Of a stretch of 64,000 nt of DNA, positions 1 through 7,143 are shown in pieces. Source of the stretch: an uncultured Clostridia bacterium. GTDB lineage: Bacteria > Bacillota > Clostridia > Christensenellales > Borkfalkiaceae. Positions within the stretch are counted from its first letter, which is position 1; each line of letters begins with the position of its first letter. The DNA is taken from assembly GCA_947589385.1 (NCBI GenBank), contig CANPZW010000003.1:50878-114877 (forward strand), read 5' to 3'. The notes beneath the pieces were generated by a model. The model searched no databases, was not told the origin of the DNA, and saw only the letters and a program-made list of their open reading frames with translations. The position numbers were made by a program, and so were the translations under genes.

Positions 1-494
1 CACGGATAATCGAAAATATCGATTTGACTGTCAAATACGAAAACGGCGAACAGAAAACCATGCTCGACGGCAAAGACGTTTCTGCGGAAATCCGTCGCCC
101 CGAAATTTCCATGCTTGCCTCTAAGGTTTCCGCGCTCGGTTGCGTGCGCGAGAAAATGGTCGGGTTACAGCGCAAAATTGCCGCAGAAACAAGCTGTATT
201 CTCGACGGCAGAGATATAGGCACGAACGTTCTGCCCAACGCTGGGTTTAAATTCTATCTGACGGCTTCGCCCGAAGTCCGCGCTCGGCGCAGATGCGAGG
301 AGAACAGGCAGAAAGGCTTTGATACTCCTTATGAAGAAATTCTCGAAGAGATAAAAAAGCGCGATTTTCAGGATAAAACACGCAAAATCGCACCTTTGAA
401 ACAGGCGGACGACGCAATTTTGGTGGATTCTTCGGAAATGAGTATAGACGAAGTCGTGCGGTTTATGGAAAGTAAAATACAGGAAAAGATATAA
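1..494 (+). CDS. cmk: Cytidylate kinase, C-terminal part (5' end is upstream of the window)
   Basis: The frame is open from the window edge; the M at 24 is an in-frame TTG. The translation (..ILDGRDIGTNVLP..KFYLTASPEVRARRR..) fits the Cmk family. TAATG overlap with the next gene. Confidence 0.85.
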   Translation, partial: RIIENIDLTVKYENGEQKTMLDGKDVSAEIRRPEISMLASKVSALGCVREKMVGLQRKIAAETSCILDGRDIGTNVLPNAGFKFYLTASPEVRARRRCEENRQKGFDTPYEEILEEIKKRDFQDKTRKIAPLKQADDAILVDSSEMSIDEVVRFMESKIQEKI

Positions 495-1177
495 TGGAAG
501 CAAACAAAACGGATAAAAAAAGCGGTAAAAAAGATAAAAAAGGCCGCACCAAGCTTGAAAAATGGTTTATAACCATGAAGCGCGTCCACGCTGTATTCAT
601 GCGACCTTTTTTCCCGTTTACAAAGCTTGGACATACCGAAAATTTCAACGACAGGGCGTATATCATAGTCGGCAACCACCGAAGCGTGCTGGACGTAGTT
701 CCCGCGGCGCTTTGCACGGACAATCCCGTGCATTATATGGCTAAAAAGGAGCTTGCCGAAAAAAGAATAGGCAGGTGGTTCACAAGGAAATGCGAATGTA
801 TCCTTGTCAGCCGCGACGGTACGGACGTCCGCGCCGTTATGCAGGCGATGAAGTATCTTAAAAACGGTGAAAACGTGTGTATATTTCCCGAGGGCACACG
901 CAACACGACCGAGGACGTTTTTCTGCCGTTCAAAAGCGGTGCGGCGGCGCTTTCCATAAAGACGAAAACGCCCATAATTCCCATGCTTCAATATACGAAA
1001 ATCAAGGCGTTTAAAAGGTCGTATATCTACTTCGGCGAACCGTTTGAATTTACCGATTTTTACGATAAAAAGCTTACCGACGAGGACATTAAAGCTGCCG
1101 ACGAACAGCTAAAACTTCATATGCTCGAAATTTTCGATATTTTAAAGGAATATGTTTTGAATCTTAAAAAGAAATGA
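494..1177 (+). CDS. plsC: 1-acyl-sn-glycerol-3-phosphate acyltransferase
   Basis: Has the HxxxxD acyltransferase motif (NHRSVLD) and FPEGTR motif. cmk-plsC-ispH order is typical of Clostridia. Confidence 0.85.
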   Translation: MEANKTDKKSGKKDKKGRTKLEKWFITMKRVHAVFMRPFFPFTKLGHTENFNDRAYIIVGNHRSVLDVVPAALCTDNPVHYMAKKELAEKRIGRWFTRKCECILVSRDGTDVRAVMQAMKYLKNGENVCIFPEGTRNTTEDVFLPFKSGAAALSIKTKTPIIPMLQYTKIKAFKRSYIYFGEPFEFTDFYDKKLTDEDIKAADEQLKLHMLEIFDILKEYVLNLKKK

Positions 1178-3279
1178 ATATCTTGGTGGCTGAACACAGC
1201 GGTTTTTGCAAGGGCGTGAAGTTTGCGGTAGATACCGCCATGACGATAGAAAATTCGAATACTTATGTTTTGGGCGAAATTATCCATAATGCCGACGTCG
1301 TAAAGGCGATAGCCGAAAGAGGGATAAAGGTCGTGCAAAGCCTCGGCGAAATCCCCGGCGGTGCTACCGTTATATTCCGTTCGCACGGAGTGCCGGAAAA
1401 TTTTTATTCGGAATGTGAAAGGCGCGGGATAAAGGTCGTGGACTGCACCTGCGGATTCGTAAAAAGGACGCAGAAAATAGTAAAAGAACAATATGCGCTC
1501 GGCAGGCAGATTGTGATAGTGGGTGAGCCGGGGCATCCCGAAGTAGAGGGCTTGACGGGTTGGTGTGATAAAAGCGCCGTTATTATAAACGACGAAAACA
1601 AAATTCCGCCCGAAATATCTTCAAAAGACCTTTCGGTGGTGTGCCAGACTACCTTTTCGGCTGAAAAATTTGAAAAAATAATAAAAAATATTAAAAAAGT
1701 CTGTGAAAAAACAGTTGCTGTTTTCAAGACGATTTGCTATACTACTATCGTACGGCAAAATGAAGTAGAGGAACTTTCGCAAAAGTGCGAAGCTATGCTT
1801 GTAATAGGCGGGCTGAACAGCAGCAACACCAACAAGCTTTACGAGCTGGCTTCAAAACATTGCGGGAACGTTTTCAGGCTTGCTTCTTCTGCCGATTTGG
1901 ATTTTTCCACATTAAAAAATTTTAAAAGTGTAGGTATTGCTTCGGGGGCGTCAACCCCGAATGCGCAAACCCGGGAGGTTCTCTTAAAGATGGCAGAAAA
2001 TACAGAAGGTAAGGCAACTAACACTATGGAAGAGGTAGTTGCTCAGATGGACAGCGAGCCGAAGCAGCCGTATAAGAAAGGTCAGATTGTGGTCGCGACT
2101 ATTTCTCAGGCAACGGACGAGGGATTGATGGTTCTTTTGCCCGGCGCGAAGAAAGAAATCGCTATAAGCAAGGAAGACCTTGACTGTGAAGAATACAACG
2201 CGGCGGATTACTTCGAAAAGATAGGCGATAATATCGATTTGCTTGTCGTCGAGCCCAGGCCTAACCTTAAACTTTCGCAGAAAATGATAAGACTGTTGCG
2301 GGAGGAGGAATCCAAGATTGCCGAAATTTCGGCGGGCAAGGAATTTACCGTAACCTGCACAGGCTTCAACAAGGGCGGTCTTGTAGCCGCTTTGGGAACC
2401 TATTCCGTATTTGTACCCGCAAAAGAAATCCGTCCGGGATTCGTAAAGGACCTTACAAAGTACGAGGGCAAGACTTTAAGGCTTCGCGCTTTGGAAATCA
2501 AGGATAAGGGCAGGAAAGAAATTATAGCTTCTCAGCGCGAAATTCTTCAAGAAGAGCGCGATGCGAGAGACGCGGCAAGAAAAGCTAAGGAAGATGAATT
2601 TTTCGCGAACATCGCAGAGGGCGACGTCGTTGAAGGCAAGGTTGAAAGAGCTACAAACTTCGGCGCTTTCGTTTCCGTAAACGGGTTCGATTGTCTTGCA
2701 CACATTTCCGATTTGGCATGGACGGGCGTGCGCAACGTGACCGACGTTCTTGAAATAGGCAAAACGTACCAATTCAAAGTTTTGAAAGTAGATGCCGAAA
2801 ACAGAAAGGTATCCATAGGCTATAAACAGCTTCAACCCCAGCCTTGGGACCTTGTGGCGGAAAAATATGCCGAGGGCGAAACCGTTCACGGCAAGGTCGT
2901 AAGAATTGTTCCTTTTGGAGCTTTCGTTGAAGTTGAAAAGGGAATCGACGGTCTTGTGCATGTTTCCCAGATAAGCAACGAGAGGATAGAAACTCCCGCG
3001 GCGGTTCTCAACGTCGGCGACGAAGTTGACGCCAAAATCGTTGCAATAGACCCTGTGGCAAGAAAGATGAATCTTTCCATAAAGGCATTATTGCCCGAGG
3101 GCGAAAGAAGAAAACCCCGCAGAACCGAAGGCGAAGACGGTGAAAAACCCGAACGCCGTTCCCGCGCACCCAGAAGGGCTAATGACGACGAGTTTTCCGA
3201 CTGGTCGGACAGCGGCAGCGGTTCGGTAGGAATTTCCATAGGCGATATCATTGCAAACGCCCAGAAAAACAACAAATAA
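1174..3279 (+). CDS. ispH: Bifunctional 4-hydroxy-3-methylbut-2-enyl diphosphate reductase (IspH/LytB) fused to ribosomal protein S1 repeats
   Basis: The N-terminal ~280 aa are IspH-like (GFCxGV, conserved Cys positions). The C-terminal ~400 aa carry repeated S1 domains (GxVxxxxxFGAFV). ATGA overlap with plsC. Confidence 0.9.
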   Translation: MNILVAEHSGFCKGVKFAVDTAMTIENSNTYVLGEIIHNADVVKAIAERGIKVVQSLGEIPGGATVIFRSHGVPENFYSECERRGIKVVDCTCGFVKRTQKIVKEQYALGRQIVIVGEPGHPEVEGLTGWCDKSAVIINDENKIPPEISSKDLSVVCQTTFSAEKFEKIIKNIKKVCEKTVAVFKTICYTTIVRQNEVEELSQKCEAMLVIGGLNSSNTNKLYELASKHCGNVFRLASSADLDFSTLKNFKSVGIASGASTPNAQTREVLLKMAENTEGKATNTMEEVVAQMDSEPKQPYKKGQIVVATISQATDEGLMVLLPGAKKEIAISKEDLDCEEYNAADYFEKIGDNIDLLVVEPRPNLKLSQKMIRLLREEESKIAEISAGKEFTVTCTGFNKGGLVAALGTYSVFVPAKEIRPGFVKDLTKYEGKTLRLRALEIKDKGRKEIIASQREILQEERDARDAARKAKEDEFFANIAEGDVVEGKVERATNFGAFVSVNGFDCLAHISDLAWTGVRNVTDVLEIGKTYQFKVLKVDAENRKVSIGYKQLQPQPWDLVAEKYAEGETVHGKVVRIVPFGAFVEVEKGIDGLVHVSQISNERIETPAAVLNVGDEVDAKIVAIDPVARKMNLSIKALLPEGERRKPRRTEGEDGEKPERRSRAPRRANDDEFSDWSDSGSGSVGISIGDIIANAQKNNK

Positions 3280-3297
3280 ACTTTATCGGTTAAATCG

Positions 3298-3328
3298 GAC
3301 TACGCGTGAAAACGCGTAGTCTTTTTTG
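3298..3328 (+). terminator. Intrinsic terminator of ispH/rpsA
   Basis: GACTACGCG-tgaaaa-CGCGTAGTC followed by TTTTTTG. Confidence 0.85.
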
Positions 3329-3402
3329 TGTTTTAGGTTATTTTGCGCTTTTCTTTCGCTTATTGAATGACCGTTGAATATGGGCGTTCATTGACCCTTT
3401 TT

Positions 3403-3718
3403 GTCATACCGAGGACTTTGTCCGAGAGTATCCCATTTCCCCAAACGGCCATACCGAGGGCGAATGCCCGAGCGTATCCCCATGGGCATAGCGGTAAAGC
3501 GAGGGGATTCCCTCGTCGCAAGCGTCTCGGAATGACGGGTTAAAGGGGGCGGTTCAATACCCCTTCTGTCATACCGAGGGCGCAGCCCGAGTGTATCCCT
3601 ATGGGCATAGCGGTAAAGCGAGGGGATTCCCTCGTCGCAAGCGGCTCGGAATGACGGGTTAAAGGGGGCGGCTCATTCACCACTTCGTCATACCGAAGGC
3701 GCAGCCCGAGCGTATCAC
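3403..3718 (+). repeat. Left array of a composite REP/MITE-like repeat (modules A-A-B-A-B-A; two full units with 120- and 119-bp periods)
   Basis: Module A is GTCATACCGAGGGCGnnGCCCGAGyGTATCCC (3403, 3448, 3568, 3687). Module B is GGGCATAGCGGTAAAGCGAGGGGATTCCCTCGTCGCAAGCGkCTCGGAATGAC (3484, 3602). B contains the hairpin CGAGGG-gatt-CCCTCG. The CTCGGAATGAC and GTCATACCGAG ends are near-inverted. Confidence 0.9.
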
Positions 3719-3729
3719 ATTTAAGAATG

Positions 3730-3762
3730 ACAAAAGCGGGGGCTGATAAAATCAGCCCCCGC
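3730..3762 (-). terminator. Intrinsic terminator, minus strand (end of pilin transcript)
   Basis: GCGGGGGCTGAT-ttt-ATCAGCCCCCGC followed by TTTTG on the minus strand, ~160 nt after the pilin stop. Confidence 0.7.
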
Positions 3763-3922
3763 CCGATGTCCAACCGTATCTTTACATCCCTGTCGGATAC
3801 GGATATGCAATGCGGCATACCCTTGCCAGTGATACCGCGTCGCTTTTTGATTAAATGGGCATTTCAGCCCGTTTTCTGCATCGTTTGTCCCGAACGTTGC
3901 GGAAAGTAATGGATTAATGAGG

Positions 3923-4372
3923 TTAGGGAGTAGGCATTTCAGGAATATCTGAAACACCTGTTTCAGTCAAGAGCAACGTGACCTTATAACTGCCATCCGG
4001 CTGCTTTTCCGCCTTACCTTCTGTTGTAAATCCTTCTTGGGTTGTTGTTTTAGCAGCAACACCATTTTCAACTGCTTTAACTTCCATATTGGAAAGCTCA
4101 CCGCTTTTGGAAGTTATAGCCGTCACAGTCCATGCCCTGATGTTATCCTTAGTGGGTTCAGCCCAAAGAGTTGCATCATTGGTTTTGTCAAGCAGATAAA
4201 CAACGGCTGCACCGCGGACGACACGTACATTGGCAGATTCAACATTCTTTTCTGCATTGCTTAAAGCTCCAACGAAAAGGGGAACCGCAATGGCGGTAAG
4301 TACGGCAATGATAGCTACAACTATCAGAAGTTCTGCAAGAGTGAAACCTTTCTTGCTTTTGAATTTTTGCAT
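3923..4372 (-). CDS. Type IV pilin / pseudopilin with prepilin-type N-terminal cleavage-methylation signal
   Basis: N-terminus is MQKFKSKKG|FTLAELLIVVAIIAVLTAIAVPLF, i.e. G/F cleavage site, Glu+5 and a hydrophobic helix. SD is AAAGGAG 9 nt upstream. Confidence 0.85.
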   Translation of the reverse strand: MQKFKSKKGFTLAELLIVVAIIAVLTAIAVPLFVGALSNAEKNVESANVRVVRGAAVVYLLDKTNDATLWAEPTKDNIRAWTVTAITSKSGELSNMEVKAVENGVAAKTTTQEGFTTEGKAEKQPDGSYKVTLLLTETGVSDIPEMPTP

Positions 4373-4403
4373 TGTTTTTTTACTCCTTTAAATCATGATT
4401 TTT

Positions 4404-4432
4404 TATATAATTACCGTGGGACGTAACGGCAA
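4404..4432 (-). promoter_or_regulatory. Possible resident sigma-A promoter of the pilin gene (TTGCCG-N17-TATATA)
   Basis: Hexamers with 17-nt spacing read on the minus strand, ~30 nt upstream of the pilin ATG. Confidence 0.4.
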
Positions 4433-4470
4433 AAATACCCCTTTTATGCCCCCTGGCAGGGCCTGGAAAA

Positions 4471-4499
4471 TGTTCATCTATTAGCATAATAGATGAACA
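4471..4499. repeat. IR-L: 29-bp dyad site TGTTCATCTATTA-GCA-TAATAGATGAACA
   Basis: Near-perfect palindrome with an asymmetric 3-nt centre. It is the exact reverse complement of the site at 4620-4648. Confidence 0.9.
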
Positions 4500-4578
4500 A
4501 AATTCCAAATCTGGAAAGGCAAAAACCTTGATTTTGGGAGAAAAATCGATAAAAAATAAAAAAATATCGTCAAAATGC

Positions 4579-4607
4579 TTGACGATAAATGGTAAAAATG
4601 TTATTGT
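4579..4607 (+). promoter_or_regulatory. Sigma-A-like promoter inside the IR-flanked segment (TTGACG-N17-TATTGT), firing rightward in this assembly
   Basis: Hexamers and 17-nt spacing read directly. No coding gene follows before a terminator. Confidence 0.5.
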
Positions 4608-4619
4608 ATATACAGAAAG

Positions 4620-4648
4620 TGTTCATCTATTATGCTAATAGATGAACA
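4620..4648. repeat. IR-R: 29-bp dyad site TGTTCATCTATTA-TGC-TAATAGATGAACA
   Basis: Identical arms to IR-L with the centre inverted (TGC vs GCA), so the two sites are in inverted orientation. Confidence 0.9.
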
Positions 4649-4651
4649 AAA

Positions 4652-4686
4652 TCGGCGGCAAATTTGTTGCCGATTTTTTGTTTTTT
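4652..4686 (+). terminator. Intrinsic terminator immediately right of IR-R
   Basis: CGGCAA-atttg-TTGCCG followed by ATTTTTTGTTTTTT. Confidence 0.7.
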
Positions 4687-4741
4687 ATGGGAATTTTTTG
4701 CGTTTTTTATATCAAAAACGCTATTTTTAGCCCATTATACA

Positions 4742-4950
4742 GGGGATACGCTCGGGCGCTTCGCCCTCGGTATGACGTAAGTAATGAACCGCTCATTTTT
4801 AACTGTCATTCCGAGCCGCTTGCGGCGAGGGAATCCCCCTGTTTTACCGTAACGCCATTGAAGATACACTCGGGCTTGCGCCCTCGGTATGACATAATAG
4901 AGAGAGCATTATGGAAAAAGTGGACACTCGGCTTCGCCCTCGGTAATAAC
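4742..4950 (-). repeat. Right array of the same composite repeat, inverted relative to 3403-3718
   Basis: Reverse complements of module A are at 4742-4776 and 4863-4893, with a degenerate copy at 4922-4950. The reverse complement of module B is at 4805-4849. Confidence 0.9.
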
Positions 4951-5053
4951 AAAAAAGGAATAGCGGGCTACGCCGAACCGCCTTGGTAGGAAAAAGGCTA
5001 TACATATTATAGAGAATTACGAAAATATTTCTTCGGGCGGTTTAATCTGCCTT

Positions 5054-5082
5054 TTGCGTGGGTATTAAATAACTGTTATAAA
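5054..5082 (+). promoter_or_regulatory. Candidate htpG promoter (TTGCGT-N17-TATAAA)
   Basis: Hexamers and spacing read directly, ~17 nt upstream of the htpG SD. Confidence 0.4.
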
Positions 5083-5098
5083 CATCGGAGGCATTAAA

Positions 5099-6973
5099 AT
5101 GCAAAAACAGGGGAACATAAAAATTTCAAGCGAAAACATGATGCCGATAATAAAAAAATGGCTGTATTCGGACAAGGATATATTCCTTCGCGAAATAGTG
5201 GCCAACGGCGTTGACGCTATTACCAAATATAAAAAGCTTGTGTCTATGAACGAAGCGCAAGAGGACGGTAACGGTTATTGGATTAAAATTTTCGTGGATA
5301 AAAAGGCTAAAACCTTGACGGTCGAGGACAACGGTATAGGAATGACCGCCGAAGAAGTGGAAAATTACATTACCCAAATAGCCTTTTCGGGCGCTTCCGA
5401 CTTCCTTGAAAAATACGAAAAGGCAGGCGGCGACGGAATTATAGGGCATTTCGGTTTGGGATTCTATTCGGTTTATATGGTTTCCGAAAATGTGGAAATA
5501 ATTACGAAATCCTATAAGGACGAGCCCGCCGTGCATTGGGAAAGCGACGGAAATTCAACTTATACCATAGAAGAATCGGATAAAGCCGAGCGCGGCACAA
5601 AGATAATAATGCACATTGCCGCGGAAGAAAAAGAATTTCTTGAAGAGGGCAACATAAAAAATCTTGTCAGAAAATATTGCTCTTTCATGCCATACAATAT
5701 TTATTTCAACTTCAAAGGCGACGGAAAGGACGAGCCGCTTAACACCACCGAACCTTTGTATATAAAAGCGCCCAAGGACTGCAAGGACGAGGATTACAAA
5801 AAATTCTATACCGACACTTTCATGGATTACAACGAGCCCATTTTCTGGGTTCACCTGAATATGGATTATCCTTTCAAAGTCAAGGGTATTTTATACTTCC
5901 CGAAAGTAAGGAATAAGTTGGAGCTTGAACGGGGAAAGGTCAAATTGTATTGTAACCAAGTGTTCATAGCGGACAACATAAAGGAAGTCATTCCCGAATT
6001 TTTAATGCTTCTGAACGGTGTTATCGACTGCCCCGACATTCCGCTTAACGTATCGCGCAGCTTCCTGCAAAACGATAAACAGGTGCAGAAGATAAGCAAG
6101 CATATAACCAAAAAGGTCGCGGACAAGCTTATATCTCTGTTCAAAACCGACAGACAGAAATTCGAAAGCTGTTGGGGCGATATAGCAAACTTTATCAAAT
6201 TCGGTTGCATAAAGGACAATGAATTTTACGATAAGGTCAAGGAAATCATTATATATAAGGATATAAACGGCAAATATCTGAGCTTGCCGGAACTTATGCC
6301 CGAAAATACCGCGGAGAAAACCGAAGAAGAAAATGAAACGGAAAGCCCCGAAAAATCCGAAGGCGAAACGAATGAAAATAAAGACGATAAGAAGGAAATA
6401 AAACCGAAAACGGTTTATTATGTATCTGACGAAGAACAGCAGGCGCAGTATATAAAACTTTTCAAAGACCAGAACCTCGACGCAATATCCTGCGACACCT
6501 TTATCGACCCGCATTTTTTAAGCTTCCTCGAATACAAAGCGCCCGATAAAATCAAGTTTATGCGCATAGACGCGGATATAGACGGGGCGCTGAAAGCCGA
6601 GGATAGCCAAAACGACGAAGTTATCATAGACATTTTTAAGAATGCTCTCGGCAACGATAAAATTACAATCAAGACAGAAAAACTGAAAAATTCCGAAGTC
6701 CCCGCTGTAATTGTCGTTGACGAATATATGAGAAGATACACAGAAATGGGTCAGTTTTACGGGATGAGCGACGGCGGACTGAACAAGACGGTAATCGTCA
6801 ACACCGCAAGCCCCGTAATAGAAAAGCTTAAACTTCTTGACGGCGACAAGCAGAAATTCGTGGCAGGTTACGTTTATTCGCTGGCGCTTGCTTCTTTCAA
6901 GAAACTTTCGCCCGACGAACAGGAAAAATTCAACGCCGACTGCGTAAAGCTTTTATCGGATTATGTTAAATAA
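5099..6973 (+). CDS. htpG: Molecular chaperone HtpG (Hsp90 family)
   Basis: GHKL ATPase motifs (REIVANGVDA, EDNGIGMT, GHFGLGFYS). Length is 624 aa. SD is GGAGG. Confidence 0.95.
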   Translation: MQKQGNIKISSENMMPIIKKWLYSDKDIFLREIVANGVDAITKYKKLVSMNEAQEDGNGYWIKIFVDKKAKTLTVEDNGIGMTAEEVENYITQIAFSGASDFLEKYEKAGGDGIIGHFGLGFYSVYMVSENVEIITKSYKDEPAVHWESDGNSTYTIEESDKAERGTKIIMHIAAEEKEFLEEGNIKNLVRKYCSFMPYNIYFNFKGDGKDEPLNTTEPLYIKAPKDCKDEDYKKFYTDTFMDYNEPIFWVHLNMDYPFKVKGILYFPKVRNKLELERGKVKLYCNQVFIADNIKEVIPEFLMLLNGVIDCPDIPLNVSRSFLQNDKQVQKISKHITKKVADKLISLFKTDRQKFESCWGDIANFIKFGCIKDNEFYDKVKEIIIYKDINGKYLSLPELMPENTAEKTEEENETESPEKSEGETNENKDDKKEIKPKTVYYVSDEEQQAQYIKLFKDQNLDAISCDTFIDPHFLSFLEYKAPDKIKFMRIDADIDGALKAEDSQNDEVIIDIFKNALGNDKITIKTEKLKNSEVPAVIVVDEYMRRYTEMGQFYGMSDGGLNKTVIVNTASPVIEKLKLLDGDKQKFVAGYVYSLALASFKKLSPDEQEKFNADCVKLLSDYVK

Positions 6974-7041
6974 ACCGTTGCAATAAATATAATCGCATAT
7001 TTTATAACCTGGACGTTATTTACAAGCATTTATGGCGTGTT

Positions 7042-7077
7042 TCAGCCCCCGAAGTTGCTTCGGGGGCTGAATTTTTT
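7042..7077 (+). terminator. Intrinsic terminator of htpG
   Basis: TCAGCCCCCGAAG-ttg-CTTCGGGGGCTGA followed by ATTTTTTG. Confidence 0.9.
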
Positions 7078-7143
7078 GATTTTTGTAAAAATTTTCAATT
7101 CGGTATTGAAATTATATCCATAATATGGTAAAATATAATAGAT

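Noticed and set aside
3403-3718. Possible CRISPR array, since direct repeats are present
   Set aside because: The ~120-bp period is made of two alternating conserved modules with conserved linkers, so there are no unique spacers. There is no leader and no cas genes, and an inverted copy lies 1 kb away. This does not fit CRISPR.
3540-3818. 92-aa ORF (minus) and the 115-aa ORF at 4642-4989 (plus), both running through the repeat arrays
   Set aside because: Their reading frames consist of the repeat modules themselves. Neither has an SD. The 4642 ORF crosses an intrinsic terminator. They are repeat-generated open frames, not genes.
4411-4470. c-di-GMP riboswitch upstream of the pilin gene, as in C. 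difficile pilA1
   Set aside because: Only a GGGACGTAACGGC string loosely resembles the GEMM-I GGGACGCAAAGCC core, and it is on the strand antisense to the pilin. The space between IR-L and the pilin -10 (~40 nt) is too short for an aptamer.
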